A stretch of 63,411 nt of DNA, filler included, from Octopus bimaculoides (GCF_001194135.2; 8 parts of 8 records of this genome joined end to end with filler, not necessarily neighbours in it); one strand, 5' to 3'. Counted from the whole stretch's first letter, positions 13,769-27,274 are shown. The notes: generated by a model not told the origin, from the letters alone. Translations and numbers: made by a program.

Positions 13769-14296
13769 CTCTAAACGTTTGGTTTCGCGGGTTTGTGTCT
13801 GTGTCTGTGTGTATTTGTGTGTGTCTGTTTGTGTTTGTGTGTGTGTGCGTCTGTGTGAGATGATGTAGAAAGCTAAATTTAGGACATCAAATATCCGTCC
13901 AATTAACCGACTTGATTATGTTTAAAGCCTCTCGCTGCATATGTAGGTAAGAGGTGGAATCTGTCTACAAAGTTTATTTATCAACATTCCTTATATAATA
14001 CATATCAGAGTGTAATTTCTATTAACACAGCATCTAAGTATATGCCACATTGACCATAACGATCATTCTTTATTGCCAATGTCTCGCGTTGAGAGTCTAA
14101 GCTCAAAATTTCCAACAGACAGAATACATAGTATTACTATTCTCCCGTTAATTACCTCGGTGCTACAAAAGCATGCTTTGTGATACATACTCTTGGACAA
14201 ATGTAGGGGGCTTACAAAATGGAAGTACCGTAGTCACAGGCAATGTACTTTATTGGAGGCATGATACCAAGTATTAAAATATTGATTTATCGCACT

Positions 14297-14506
14297 GTGG
14301 AGAGCTGGCGGAATCGGTAGGACGCCAGGCAAAATTCTTAGCGGCATTTTGTCTGTTTTCATGTTTCTAAATTCAGACTCCACCAAGTTGGACTTTGACT
14401 TTCATCCTCTCGATTAAATACGTAGCAGTGGACTACTGGAATCGATGTAATCGATTTAAACCCTGCCCCGAAATTACTGGCCTTGTGCCAAAATTTAAAA
14501 CCAATA
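14297..14506 (+). mobile_element. tRNA-derived SINE (family C, Nin/Deu-like core), diverged
   Basis: Head gagctggcggaatcggtaggacgcc, core gactttgactttcatcc, tail ggccttgtgccaaaattt, shared with the copies at 32030 and 59064. Confidence 0.8.
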
Positions 14507-15030
14507 TGTTGTTTTATCGTTTGAAGTTTTCACGATTCATCATCTTCCTAAGTCAGCTTCTGTGACAATTGTTTTTCGTCGGAGTCTCTGTGTCCACCTA
14601 AAAGGGATTTGTCGTTGTCCTCGTCGTCGCGTTGGCAGCTGCTGCTGTTACTGCTACTATTGTTGCTGTTGTTGTAGCTACTGCTTAGCCACTGGACGTC
14701 TCTGGGTTTACAGTTCTATGACGCTTCCAAATTTATACCCAACTCGTCTTCAAAGACTCCATCGTGTCTTTTTTCTTTTCTCCATCGTGATGCTTGAGCG
14801 TACAGTGAAACCAATTTTAGCTGCACAATCTCGTGGAGGCAAGTATCACTTGTGGGCAAGAGTTTTTAGGGAAGAAAGCCGATGGCTGAGTATTTTATGA
14901 TTTTTATGTGTCTTTACATCTAATGCTTTTCTATCTTTCAGGCTTGTCAATGTGCTATCTCCTATACTATCAAGCCGCTTAAGAATTAACAGTAAAATTT
15001 GTTTCGTAGACTTATATAAATAAACAAACC

Positions 15031-15455
15031 CGCACAAACTCAAGTAAAGCTGTGTGGTTAAGAACATCGCTCTACAATCTCGTGGTTTGAAGTTCAGTCT
15101 CACTGCGTGAAACATTGGGCAAGGGATTTCTGTTATTTGACCCAGGCAGACCGATTACCTTGTGAGAAAATTTAATAGACGGAAGCTGTGTCGGTCTTAG
15201 TCGCGAATATATGTGAGTGTATTTGTGTGTGCATGCGCCAGTGTGTATGTGTGTATGTGAGTGTTAATGTATATTATTCGTCCCTACCACCACGTGACCA
15301 CCCACGTTTGTTTGGTTACCCCTAACTTAGTTGTTCAGCAAAAAGGAATGATAGAATAAGTGCCAGGCTTTAAAATAAATATTGGTGTCGATTTGTTTGA
15401 GTTAACCTATCGAAGCATTGCCCCAGCATGACTGCAGTTCAAAGACTGAAAGAAC
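15031..15455 (+). mobile_element. Old family AB SINE, full bipartite layout
   Basis: Head gctgtgtggttaag...gttcagtctcactgcg...ttgggcaag, internal TG-rich tract about 15208-15275, tail ...gatagaataagtgccagg...ccccagcatgactgcagt. Confidence 0.7.
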
Positions 15456-16163
15456 TTAAAGATGATAGTTATTTTTATGGGAGTATGATATCTCGTATCC
15501 TCTCACACCACTTAGCTAGGAATAAACGGCATGATTCGTTTCGTAAATTTTATATGAATAAAAAATCAACCACATATATTGTTTCAATCGATTGGTTTAG
15601 CTGGAAAATGAGCGAAATATGTTTTTGTAACGAATTTATGTAATAACTTACAACAGAATGTTACCTATCATATAGATTAGAGAGAGAACTAAAACAACAC
15701 AAGACAAAATCACATATATATATTAGGGATAAAAGAGATAAAATAATCGAAAAATACCCATAAAATATAGAAAATATACGAAGTGTGAGAACAAAAATAC
15801 AATTGATGAAATCAAAGACAAAACAAAAGACTGTGGTAATAGAGACGATACATTAGTTGGAATGTAACTGCTGCTTGAAATTACTATGAATGGAGTTACA
15901 TCAAAAGACTGCGTGTTAGAGAATAGAACACTTACGGGGGAAAATAGGACATAGCTCCCACAAAACGAAAACAAAACGACTAATATATTCTGGGAATAAA
16001 TTGACGTTTATGCTTTAATGAGAATTAGATAGCACCACAATTGTGTGTCGTTCAATGTGTCGCTATGCGATGAATATGACAAGGAAAAGTAAGAGCCTCT
16101 ACGTTGTCAATGGTCTTGCTAGAAGTAACTGACTTTCTAAAATCATACGTTGCTATTTCAAGT

Positions 16164-16206
<43 letters not shown>

Positions 16207-16616
16207 NNNNNNNNNNNNNNNNNNNNNNNNNNNNNNNNNNNNNNNNNNNNNNNNNNNNNNNNNNNNNNNNNNNNNNNNNNNNNNNNNNNNNNNNNNNNNN
16301 NNNNNNNNNNNNNNNNNNNNNNNNNNNNNNNNNNNNNNNNNNNNNNNNNNNNNNNNNNNNNNNNNNNNNNNNNNNNNNNNNNNNNNNNNNNNNNNNNNNN
16401 NNNNNNNNNNNNNNNNNNNNNNNNNNNNNNNNNNNNNNNNNNNNNNNNNNNNNNNNNNNNNNNNNNNNNNNNNNNNNNNNNNNNNNNNNNNNNNNNNNNN
16501 NNNNNNNNNNNNNNNNNNNNNNNNNNNNNNNNNNNNNNNNNNNNNNNNNNNNNNNNNNNNNNNNNNNNNNNNNNNNNNNNNNNNNNNNNNNNNNNNNNNN
16601 NNNNNNNNNNNNNNNN

Positions 16617-16653
<37 letters not shown>

Positions 16654-16879
16654 TATATATGTATTATGATAATTATAAACTAGAAGGGTTAGAGGTTGGA
16701 ATAACCATCTAAGGGATAAAAATATACGTTTTACTACCGATATATTTACCTGTGTCAAACGTGGGCATACATATGCACGCATATTATGCTCATAGGTTAC
16801 AGGCAATGACAAAGATAAACATGATTTTATCAGGAATCAAATTTATAGTAAACCGTTTACTTTAAATTTATTATGATAA

Positions 16880-17010
16880 TGTGAGTTCAAATTCCGTCGA
16901 GATCGATTTGACCTTTCTTCCTTTTTGGGTCGATGAATTAAGTACCAACTGCATAATACGGTCGATCAAATCTACTGGCCTCAAAATTTCGGGCCTTGTG
17001 TAGAAAAGAA
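16880..17010 (+). mobile_element. Family C SINE, 5'-truncated
   Basis: gagttcaaattccgtcgagatcgatttgacctttc...gggtcgatgaattaagtacc...aatttcgggccttgtg. Confidence 0.8.
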
Positions 17011-17668
17011 TAATTCCATAAAATAGAGTAGAAAAGAATAATTCCATTAACCAGAAAGTGAAAGATCAGACTCTACGTTGCGAATTTATTAAAATTGCCT
17101 TCATGAATACTTGTAAAAACCTTTTCATTATATTTTTTCTTAAGTTATATTTTTCTAGGAAGTAAATTTTCGGAGTTAATTTTACTTTAAAATCATTTCC
17201 AACTAGACATCACAGACTCATTTTGAATCGCTGAATGTTATTTTATTTCACAAGGTCTCACTTTGAAGTAACACTCCTCACTTAGAACTCTTGATGCAAT
17301 AGTCATTTCAGTTATTTCCTTTTAATTTCCTTTCAAGTTGTCACATAGACACAGTTCTGAGGCTAACTGATAAAATTTAATTCTGCTTTTCATTGAGCAC
17401 TTTCGCTATAAATGCATAGAACCTATCAGAATAAGATAGTTGGTGAGGCTCACGACGTGAAATTTTAACCTACATGTATACGTACGCATGTAAGTATATA
17501 TGTGTGTATGCGGATGTGTATGTGTGTGTGTGTATGTGTGTGTGTGTGTGTGTAAGAGTCCGTGTGAGTCTGTGTGTGCGCAAGCGTGCATATCTATCTA
17601 TCTATCTATATATATATATATATATATACACGCTCACACACACACACACACACACACANNNNNNNNNN

Positions 17669-17734
<66 letters not shown>

Positions 17735-18699
17735 TTATATATATGCTTATATTTATGCATATAGGGGTACGCATATATTTGTAAGCCATGCATGTGCAGG
17801 TAAATAGATAGATTACACATTTGTATCCATACCGTGTACCCATAAGTACATTATCTCAATGAAAATACCTCCACCATACATACACACGCCAAAACCTACA
17901 CATGATTTACATCTTTATATGTCTGTTTGTATTTTCGTGTGAGTCTTTGTGCATGAATGTGAACGTATAGATTATTCATATGTAAACATATAAAATTCCT
18001 CATAGAAATCTTGACAATTGATTGAATCGGAAATTGTTTTAAATTCCGACTGAGTTCTGAACCAAATAATTCTAATATTAATAGTGGGTCCATTGAAATC
18101 GTGTACATCCTTAATATCTTGCTGTGAATATTTTCTCACAATGTTAACACAATTTAAACTTCTCTTCTTTATTTATTTAATCTTCGCTTTCATTTCAATT
18201 TGAAAACATATGCACCTCGATGTCATTTTTAAACTGAGCAATAGAGAAAAACTATTGAAATATATTTTAGATGCAAATCAATTATTCTTCGGGAAATTGC
18301 TTGAAAATTAGACTTAAGAATGTTAGTGACTGCGTTGAGTGTAGAAAAATAAACATGTTTAACTCCTCTCCCTGTTGAGTATTAAAACTCTCATCACATT
18401 TTCGAGGGATGAGGGCTGCAAAATTACATTATAGCATAGGTATTACACTTCCTATTTAAAGAAAAAATACCGTGGGCGAATTTTTCTTTAGTTATGTTGG
18501 AGGTATTTTTCATGCTAAAAAACTTATCGGCGTGATCTTTACCTTATACATACACATGACTGCTAGACACATCCATGTGAGTTTAATCTTCTATATACAT
18601 ATATACAGATATTATTACCATTATTATTATTTGATGAAAAATATCGGTTTATTTTGCTGAGTAAGATGGAAAGTGGCAGTTGTCTAAAGCCAGCAGACT

Positions 18700-18980
18700 G
18701 AGGCGACAATTGTTTACTGGTCATGCTTCATGAACCCTGCATAAAATTCCTGAAGTTACAAGCAATAATGATTTTTGTAGACGTCTACATTCACACTTGC
18801 ACCATTCTTTTTCAGTCATGTTGACACTCGAGTGCAGGTATATCCAAGAACGCCAATTGCTATTGTTATCACGTCTACTCTCCTCATTGACCACAAACTT
18901 ATTTCCCACTTAAAATCGTCGTAGTTGTTCAGTTTTTCTTCTTTCACTGGGACATACTATGTCGATTATCATCCATGTTA
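18700..18980 (-). mobile_element. R4/Dong-like non-LTR 3' end (RLE C-terminus), frameshifted
   Basis: Across frames: WMIIDIVCP; EEKLNNYDDFKWEISLWSMRRVDVITIAIGVLG; LQKSLLLVTSGILCRVHEA*. Confidence 0.75.
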
Positions 18981-18999
18981 GATGATAGAGTTTTTCTAA

Positions 19000-19390
19000 G
19001 GATGTGGGCAGTACTTCTCAGCAAAATCTTTTGGGCTGAAAGAAAGCCCCTCCCTGAAAGGTTGGGCAGAGGTGGCGAATGCTGAAATCGCCTCCGTTAT
19101 CATTTATTGCCTGACCTTCGTGCCTTGTCCCGGTTACTGCTTCACCAGGTTGGAGTGTCTTTTTTTTTTTAATTCTTGTAGAAGCGACTCGTTCCAATGG
19201 TCAGGCGGCCAGTCTGTTGCCAGCATCCTCTGGGTGGCGGATCAGGTAAGCTGTGGCTCCTAATGCACAGACGCATGCTTAGATTACGCCACCTGCAACG
19301 ATTTCTGACCGACGAGCATGTGTGAGCTCCGTTTGTGAGGCACGTCTTTCCGCAGATTGTCTCCTTGAGGGAGCTGCAGTCTTGAGTAAA
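19000..19390 (+). mobile_element. L1/Tx1-clade LINE fragment (post-RT region), decayed
   Basis: SLKGWAEVANAEIASVIIYCLTFVPCPGYCFTRLE; VPMVRRPVCCQHPLGGGSG; LRLRHLQRFL. These match the L1-type pattern GR..LIN...Y...P...KLE...FLW...C.P..GGLG. Confidence 0.7.
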
Positions 19391-22300
19391 GAAAAAAAAA
19401 CAGTGATTCGGCGCCTGGCACTTAATACGTCGCCAGGCGCTCACAACCCTCTACCAGTCAGGCAACAGGATCGATGGATGTTCCGTTTTAGATTGATTGA
19501 ACTGTATATAGGCAGCTATGCAAATAGATAGACACATACATACATAGACAGACAAATAGACAGACAGCCAACAGACAGGCATATAGATACCAGTGCTGGT
19601 AGAAATGAATGGTAAAATGAATCACAAGTGGTCATTAATGATAGGCTATCGGTGTAATCTTCCATAGTGATATTTAAACAAGCAATTAAACCTCTGTATA
19701 AGGGATGGTAGAGGACGGACCTATCGGAATAATAACAGTTACCAGAGAAAAACCAATGATTATGAAAGTGAAAATAAATCAGTAGGAGGGGAAAAACGAT
19801 TGGTGCAATAATTTGAAGAATCGATATCAGAAGGTGTAGGAAGGAATTATTTCGGAATGTTTATAGATCGTTTATAATGTGATAATAGATAAAAATGAAA
19901 TATATTTTTGACTAATATTTGCTTATAGGCAATAAGCAATAAGAAGAAGAACGTCAGAATATTTTGATTTTGGTTAGAAGAGGTAATCGGTAATCAGGAG
20001 GAAATTAATCGGCTGTATATTTTATGTTTGTATGTATTTAAGTATGTCCACACACACACTCACACATATACGCGCGCGCACACACATATTTATGTACACA
20101 CACAGATATATATGTAGGTATACATACATAAATATATATATGTGTATATGTATTCATATACTTTCAGATATACATGTATATATATATNNNNNNNNNNNNN
20201 NNNNNNNNNNNNNNNNNNNNNNNNNNNNNNNNNNNNNNNNNNNNNNNNNNNNNNNNNNNNNNNNNNNNNNNNNNNNNNNNNNNNNNNNNNNNNNNNNNNN
20301 NNNNNNNNNNNNNNNNNNNNNNNNNNNNNNNNNNNNNNNNNNNNNNNNNNNNNNNNNNNNNNNNNNNNNNNNNNNNNNNNNNNNNNNNNNNNNNNNNNNN
20401 NNNNNNNNNNNNNNNNNNNNNNNNNNNNNNNNNNNNNNNNNNNNNNNNNNNNNNNNNNNNNNNNNNNNNNNNNNNNNNNNNNNNNNNNNNNNNNNNNNNN
20501 NNNNNNNNNNNNNNNNNNNNNNNNNNNNNNNNNNNNNNNNNNNNNNNNNNNNNNNNNNNNNNNNNNNNNNNNNNNNNNNNNNNNNNNNNNNNNNNNNNNN
20601 NNNNNNNNNNNNNNNNNNNNNNNNNNNNNNNNNNNNNNNNNNNNNNNNNNNNNNNNNNNNNNNNNNNNNNNNNNNNNNNNNNNNNNNNNNNNNNNNNNNN
20701 NNNNNNNNNNNNNNNNNNNNNNNNNNNNNNNNNNNNNNNNNNNNNNNNNNNNNNNNNNNNNNNNNNNNNNNNNNNNNNNNNNNNNNNNNNNNNNNNNNNN
20801 NNNNNNNNNNNNNNNNNNNNNNNNNNNNNNNNNNNNNNNNNNNNNNNNNNNNNNNNNNNNNNNNNNNNNNNNNNNNNNNNNNNNNNNNNNNNNNNNNNNN
20901 NNNNNNNNNNNNNNNNNNNNNNNNNNNNNNNNNNNNNNNNNNNNNNNNNNNNNNNNNNNNNNNNNNNNNNNNNNNNNNNNNNNNNNNNNNNNNNNNNNNN
21001 NNNNATATATGTCTTATATACGAATGAGAAGATAATGGGAGGGTGTATAAGAATGGCAAAAGTAAAGATATAAAGCCTAGGTAGGTGCCACGTGTATATG
21101 AAATATCGTCCGTGTGTATGTGGTTAAGCACATGTTAACGTCTGTGAATGTGGTTATGCACATATTGCGTACACCTAGATCTACGTAGGCGTAATTGTGT
21201 ATTTATATTTTCCTTTAATGTTTTGGCTACTTATTGACGTTGTTTCACCCATAAAAATTACAAGTTATCTAAGCAATTATTTCGAAAAGTCGCCAAAAAT
21301 CTATGATAGAGGTTGGCTCCTTTGAAGATTGGAGCTACGTTTTAGAAAAAGTCAGAAAAATTGTTATCATTCAGACGTTATTTCATTGATAGGAGTTTCG
21401 CAGTTCACTAGAAATGTACATCTGGTACTTAAATGCTTTGTGAAGTAATATTAAATAATGCCGATCCGATAAATAGGTTGGGTCTATATGTCTGATTATG
21501 TATATATATATATATATATGTACGTATTGATATATATCTGTAACTGTGTGAGTGTGGGTGTGTGTGTGTCAATCGCCCTGCGCTTATGTATGCGGATTTC
21601 TGTTATAGGTATTCATTCATATTTTGTTGCCGGCTAAAAGAACACGTTTCTATTTTGATGACACAGACACGTTCTTCAGACATAAAAAGAGACACTTATA
21701 GATACAAATTATGCACACACACACACATACATACGCACACACACACACACAAACATACACATACACACATGTACACACATACATGCATATGTGTCTTTCT
21801 GAATGACTACGCATGGTTATATGTATATAAATATATANNNNNNNNNNATATATATATATACACATTCGTATATGTATATATATAAATATATATATACGTA
21901 TATATGTATGTATATATGTATGTATTTATGTATGAATGTATGCATGAATGTATGTATGTAGGTATGTAATGTATGCATGTATGTATGTATGTATATGAGC
22001 AATAAATATTTGCAATCGGAGTATCAGAATCAAATGTTTTGTGTGCAAGGAGTGTAGGCGTTTGAGTGTGTATGTGCGCCTTCGTGTGGATATACAGGAG
22101 TGTAGTAACTAAAGACTTATTACCATCGGGTCCACATTTATCTCTGGTGATGCCTACTCAGTGCTTCCATATAAATTAAGTATCACTTTAAACGAAAATG
22201 ACAAACAAACGTATAAACATATAAAATCGTTATGTATCATTCAATTTTTTCAGTAATAAAATATCAAAGTACGTCTAGACGCAATGTTGCGACACGCACA

Positions 22301-22404
22301 GACATACGCAGACCAGTCACACACGTATAAAAACATCTATGTATGAATATATGTATCTATACATGTATAGATATACAGGAATAAATACATACATACATAT
22401 ATAT

Positions 22405-22504
22405 NNNNNNNNNNNNNNNNNNNNNNNNNNNNNNNNNNNNNNNNNNNNTTAATTAATTAANNNNNNNNNNNNNNNNNNNNNNNNNNNNNNNNNNNNNNNN
22501 NNNN
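22405..22504. other. Artificial scaffold-joining spacer
   Basis: 44 N + TTAATTAATTAA (22449-22460) + 44 N = 100 nt; the 12-mer has stop codons in all six frames; same layout 7 times in the window. Confidence 0.95.
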
Positions 22505-23000
22505 AGAGAGCAAGGAAGAGAGAGAGAGAGCAAGGAAGAGAGAGAGAGAGCAAGGAAGAGAGAGAGAGAGCAAGGAAGAGAGAGAGAGAGCAAGGAAGAG
22601 AGATCAAAGAAGAGAGAGAGAGTAAGGAAGAGAGAGAGCAAGGAAGAGGGAGAGAGAGAGCAAGAAGGAAAGAGAGAGAGAGCAAGATGGAAAGAGAGAG
22701 AGAGAGCAAGGAAGAGAGAGAGAGAGCAAGAAGGAAAGAGAGAGAGAGAGCAAGGAAGAAGGAGAGAGAGCGAGAGAGAGAGCAAGGAAGAGAGCAAGAA
22801 AGAGAGAGAGCAAGGACGAGAGAGAGCAAGAAAGAGAGAGAGCAAGGACGAGAGAGAGAGAGCAAGGACGAGAGAGAGAGAGCAAGGACGAGAGAGAGAG
22901 AGCAAGGACGAGAGAGAGAGAGAGAGGGATAGAGAGCAAGTGAAGGAGAGAGCAAGAGTGAGAAATATTTAGAGTGAGCAAAAGAGAGATAAGGTAAGAG
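22505..23000. repeat. (GA)n-derived minisatellite punctuated by GCAAGG (about 18-22-bp units)
   Basis: Repeated gagagagagcaaggaa / gagagcaaggacga units. Confidence 0.9.
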
Positions 23001-23211
23001 CGAGAGAAAAAGAGAAAGGGCAAGAGGGAGTGGTTACGAGTGGGAGAGAGAGAGAGAGTAACAAAGAGAGCAAGCAACAGAGAGATGGTAAGAGACAGAA
23101 ATAAAGCAAAACAGAGAGAGGGGAGAGCAACAGAGATCGAGACAGAAAGAGAGAGAGAGCAAGACAAAGAAAGTGAGCAGCGTGACTTTAAAAGATAAAC
23201 AGATCAACTTA

Positions 23212-23213
<2 letters not shown>

Positions 23214-23267
<54 letters not shown>

Positions 23268-23268
23268 A
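23214..23268. repeat. (AAAG)n microsatellite
   Basis: Direct reading. Confidence 0.9.
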
Positions 23269-23607
23269 ACAAAGAGACAGAGCGGCTCAGAGAGAGAAGG
23301 GAGAGACAAACAAATAAGCAAAGAGAAAGAGAAAGAGAAAGTGAAAGAAAATTCGGAAAGAGTATGGCAGGAATTGTAATTTCGTATTTTGTGTGATATT
23401 GGATTATATTTCGAAATTTATTTTTTGTTTTTGTCGTGAAATCAATTTGTTACACACATACGAATGCTGTTGTTAAAATCCAAACTTTAACTATTTAGCT
23501 TAATCTTCGACGTCTAAGATTCCAGTTTCACCAAAAGTTCATTCCTAAACGTATTCTTCGCCGTTTAACTAAAAGAAGTCTTGATCGGCAGACTTACACT
23601 CGTAGAT

Positions 23608-23989
23608 CGTGGAACTCTGTCGGTTACGACCACGAGGGTTCCAGTTGATCCGATCAACCGAACAGCCTGCTCGTGAAATTAACGTGCAAGTGGCTGAATG
23701 CACCACAGACACGTGTACCCTTAATGTAATTCTCTGGGAGATTCAACGTGACGCAGAGTGTGACAAGGCTGGTCCCTTCCAAATACAGGTACAACAGAAA
23801 CAGGAAGAAAGAGTGAGAGAAAGTTGTGGTGAAAGAATACACCAGAGTTCACCTGCACCCCCTGCCGGGGCCTCGTGCAGCTTCACGTGTTTTCGCTCAA
23901 TAAACACTCACAACGCCCGGTCTGGGAATCCGAGCCGCGATCCTATGACCGCGAATCCGCTGCCCTAACCACTGGGCCATTGCGCCTAC
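23608..23989 (-). mobile_element. Full-length tRNA-derived SINE (family E) with 12-bp target-site duplication
   Basis: Minus-strand head ggcgcaatggcccagtggttagggcagcgga (A box; B-box-like ggctcggattcc); body shared with 35331 and 61900; perfect TSD acactcgtagat at 23596-23607 and 23990-24001. Confidence 0.92.
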
Positions 23990-24077
23990 ACACTCGTAGA
24001 TATACCAGCCGTGTTTCTGTTTTATTCTTCCTTTATTTTACTTGCAAAATATATATATATATATACACTTTTACTTT

Positions 24078-24232
24078 TTTACTTGTTTCAGTCATTTGAC
24101 TGCGGCCATGCTGGAGCACCTCCTTTAGTCGAGCAAATCCACCCCAGGACTTATTCTTTGTAAGCCTAGTACTTATACAATCGGTCTCTTTTTGCCGAAC
24201 CGCTAAGTTACGGGGACGTAAAAACACCAGCA
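24078..24232 (-). mobile_element. Family AB SINE tail module running into a gap
   Basis: ttgtttcagtcatttgactgcggccatgctggagcacc...ttacggggacgtaaaaacaccagca. Confidence 0.85.
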
Positions 24233-24605
24233 NNNNNNNNNNNNNNNNNNNNNNNNNNNNNNNNNNNNNNNNNNNNNNNNNNNNNNNNNNNNNNNNNNNN
24301 NNNNNNNNNNNNNNNNNNNNNNNNNNNNNNNNNNNNNNNNNNNNNNNNNNNNNNNNNNNNNNNNNNNNNNNNNNNNNNNNNNNNNNNNNNNNNNNNNNNN
24401 NNNNNNNNNNNNNNNNNNNNNNNNNNNNNNNNNNNNNNNNNNNNNNNNNNNNNNNNNNNNNNNNNNNNNNNNNNNNNNNNNNNNNNNNNNNNNNNNNNNN
24501 NNNNNNNNNNNNNNNNNNNNNNNNNNNNNNNNNNNNNNNNNNNNNNNNNNNNNNNNNNNNNNNNNNNNNNNATATATATATATGGAGACATATATCTATA
24601 TATGT

Positions 24606-24649
<44 letters not shown>

Positions 24650-25569
24650 TGCGCGTGCATATACCAATACACGTGTGTATCTTTATATGTATTTGTTTCC
24701 CACCGGTGTTTATTTGTTTATACCTCAAAACCGAGCGGCTCAGTGAAAGAGACCGATAGAATAAGAAACCAAACATAAAAGAAAAAAGTACAAAGTGGGA
24801 GTCATCTATTCGACCAAAACTTTTGCCGCTATTTCCCAATATGGCTGCAACAAAAGCTAAAAAAATAATAGAATTTGAAGAGGACAAACATTATTTATTT
24901 ATCATTCTATTATTTTCCTTTTTGAGGTTACGCCGTAATTAAGGAACAGAAGAGTTAATCCCATAATTAAGGGTTACGCAAAACCGGTTACCAATTATAA
25001 TAAATCATATATAGCTTTAACGTTATCTCATAACATGAATATTTCATTAAAGCCAAGCTATAAAAACGGTGTGTTTATAGCTTTAAGCGTTCAACTTTCT
25101 GCTTACATCATGAATTGTTTAAGACATTCTGTTAGAGAAACGGCTACGATGATTTCTGCTCCAGTAACTTTATTTGTGTATTCAAATTATCTAGTCGTTT
25201 CATATTTTCTTATGTTCGTGTTTTGTGCTCTTCTGAAGAATATCTGTCGTCGTATAAAAGTACATCACATCAGGTGTAATTACGGAGTGTAAAGGATTTT
25301 CATCTCTTGTAGACATTCTAACGATTATAAAAAAATTTTAAAAAGTAGCAACAGTAATTCCGCCATGTTGAATTGAAAGCTTTCGCGTTGACCAGCTTTT
25401 ACCGACAACAATTTCGTTGATCTATACATATACATACATACATACATACATACATACATACATACATACATACACACACACGCACACACAGATACACGCA
25501 CTAACACACACACACACACATATATATATATAGAGAGAGAGACAGACAGACAGACACACAGATAGACAG

Positions 25570-25615
<46 letters not shown>

Positions 25616-26507
25616 CTATATACATATNNNNNNNNNNNNNNNNNNNNNNNNNNNNNNNNNNNNNNNNNNNNNNNNNNNNNNNNNNNNNNNNNNNNNNNNN
25701 NNNNNNNNNNNNNNNNNNNNNNNNNNNNNNNNNNNNNNNNNNNNNNNNNNNNNNNNNNNNNNNNNNNNNNNNNNNNNNNNNNNNNNNNNNNNNNNNNNNN
25801 NNNNNNNNNNNNNNNNNNNNNNNNNNNNNNNNNNNNNNNNNNNNNNNNNNNNNNNNNNNNNNNNNNNNNNNNNNNNNNNNNNNNNNNNNNNNNNNNNNNN
25901 NNNNNNNNNNNNNNNNNNNNNNNNNNNNNNNNNNNNNNNNNNNNNNNNNNNNNNNNNNNNNNNNNNNNNNNNNNNNNNNNNNNNNNNNNNNNNNNNNNNN
26001 NNNNNNNNNNNNNNNNNNNNNNNNNNNNNNNNNNNNNNNNNNNNNNNNNNNNNNNNNNNNNNNNNNNNNNNNNNNNNNNNNNNNNNNNNNNNNNNNNNNN
26101 NNNNNNNNNNNNNNNNNNNNNNNNNNNNNNNNNNNNNNNNNNNNNNNNNNNNNNNNNNNNNNNNNNNNNNNNNNNNNNNNNNNNNNNNNNNNNNNNNNNN
26201 NNNNNNNNNNNNNNNNNNNNNNNNNNNNNNNNNNNNNNNNNNNACCACCCCCGCCCCAAAATAATAAAGTTATTATTTATCCACTTGGAGAAGTCTACAC
26301 TGTAGATATATACGTCCATATATTCATACATAGGGTGTTCAAACAGTCTCTCCACAGTAACTATTTTTATAGCAAACTAAATATTTATAAGATGGTATAG
26401 AAGACTACAAAAGAATATATTAGACTTTACAAAACTTTAACAAAACTTTATAAGAGGTGTTGAAAGGGTCGTCCTCCATTATCAATACATAAAATGTATA
26501 GTTCTAT

Positions 26508-26660
26508 ATTTAAGAGATGAGGAATTATGTACATTATTTACATCATTTACATTCGACGGATATTTGTCCTCATCTTGTTTGTCCATGGGCATATGGTGTA
26601 GTAGTTAAGAGCGCGGACTACTAACCCCAAGAGTCCGAGTTCGATTCCAAGCAATTGCTA
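26508..26660 (+). mobile_element. Composite repeat: AT-rich leader plus tRNA-like SINE head (family F)
   Basis: tatttaagagatgaggaattatgtacattatttac...ggatatttgtcctcat, then catatggtgtagtagttaagagcgcggacta...gagttcgattcc; same pair at 58043-58126. Confidence 0.7.
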
Positions 26661-26744
26661 GAAATAGGAGCTAAAAAATATAACTTAAATAGCCACATAA
26701 CTCATTTAACTCTCTGTGCAACATAGTGATCCCATATCAAGATA

Positions 26745-27150
26745 AACAGCGCATGACCTTGCAGGTGGGGCCCAGTTAGAATTTTCTTCAGATCGAGTAG
26801 CCCCTCATGCTTAAAAAGATCCCTGAATATGGTTTGTTTAAGGATGTTGAACAAAATACCCATGTTTCCAAAGGTGAATTATTCAAACCCCCAAAAATTC
26901 CTCTCAACACATGGCTATGGTGCTTCCCCACTACTTCCATCCGTGATCAGAGATGCAGATGTCGTCAGCCCCTAAGGGACATGCTCAACTGGTTAATGTC
27001 AAACAACTGACAAGCAAATCTGTGCTATTGAGCAGAATATTTGTTGTATTTGCCCATCTTTTATACCAAGACAAAAAATGTACATGATAACACTTCCAGT
27101 CAGTTAAGATCAGAAGTCATGGGAACCAATACCTGGTACTGCATCAGGGC

Positions 27151-27152
<2 letters not shown>
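26745..27152. repeat. Unclassified interspersed repeat ending at (TTA)n
   Basis: Complex non-coding block that abuts the (TTA)n tract at 27153-27205; recalled as a frequent octopus repeat but not verified. Confidence 0.4.
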
Positions 27153-27207
<55 letters not shown>

Positions 27208-27274
27208 AGGTCAACTTTGCCTTTCATTCTTTCAGGATCAATAAATTAAGTACCCGTGAAACACTGGTTGTGAA

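Noticed and set aside
14549-14716. Minus-strand Ser/Asn/Asp-rich open frame
   Set aside because: It is explained by a degenerate trinucleotide repeat, with a poor acceptor and no homology cue.
22449-22460. TTAATTAATTAA as a homeodomain site or conserved element
   Set aside because: It always sits centred in exactly 88 N, so it is an assembly linker.
23920-23989. tRNA genes at SINE heads (also 26590, 46082, 59064)
   Set aside because: They have A/B boxes but no complete cloverleaf, and each continues into a shared SINE body.
27060-27150. U2 snRNA-like look on the minus strand of the 26745-27152 repeat
   Set aside because: It lacks the invariant GUGUAGUA branch-pairing sequence and the Sm site.
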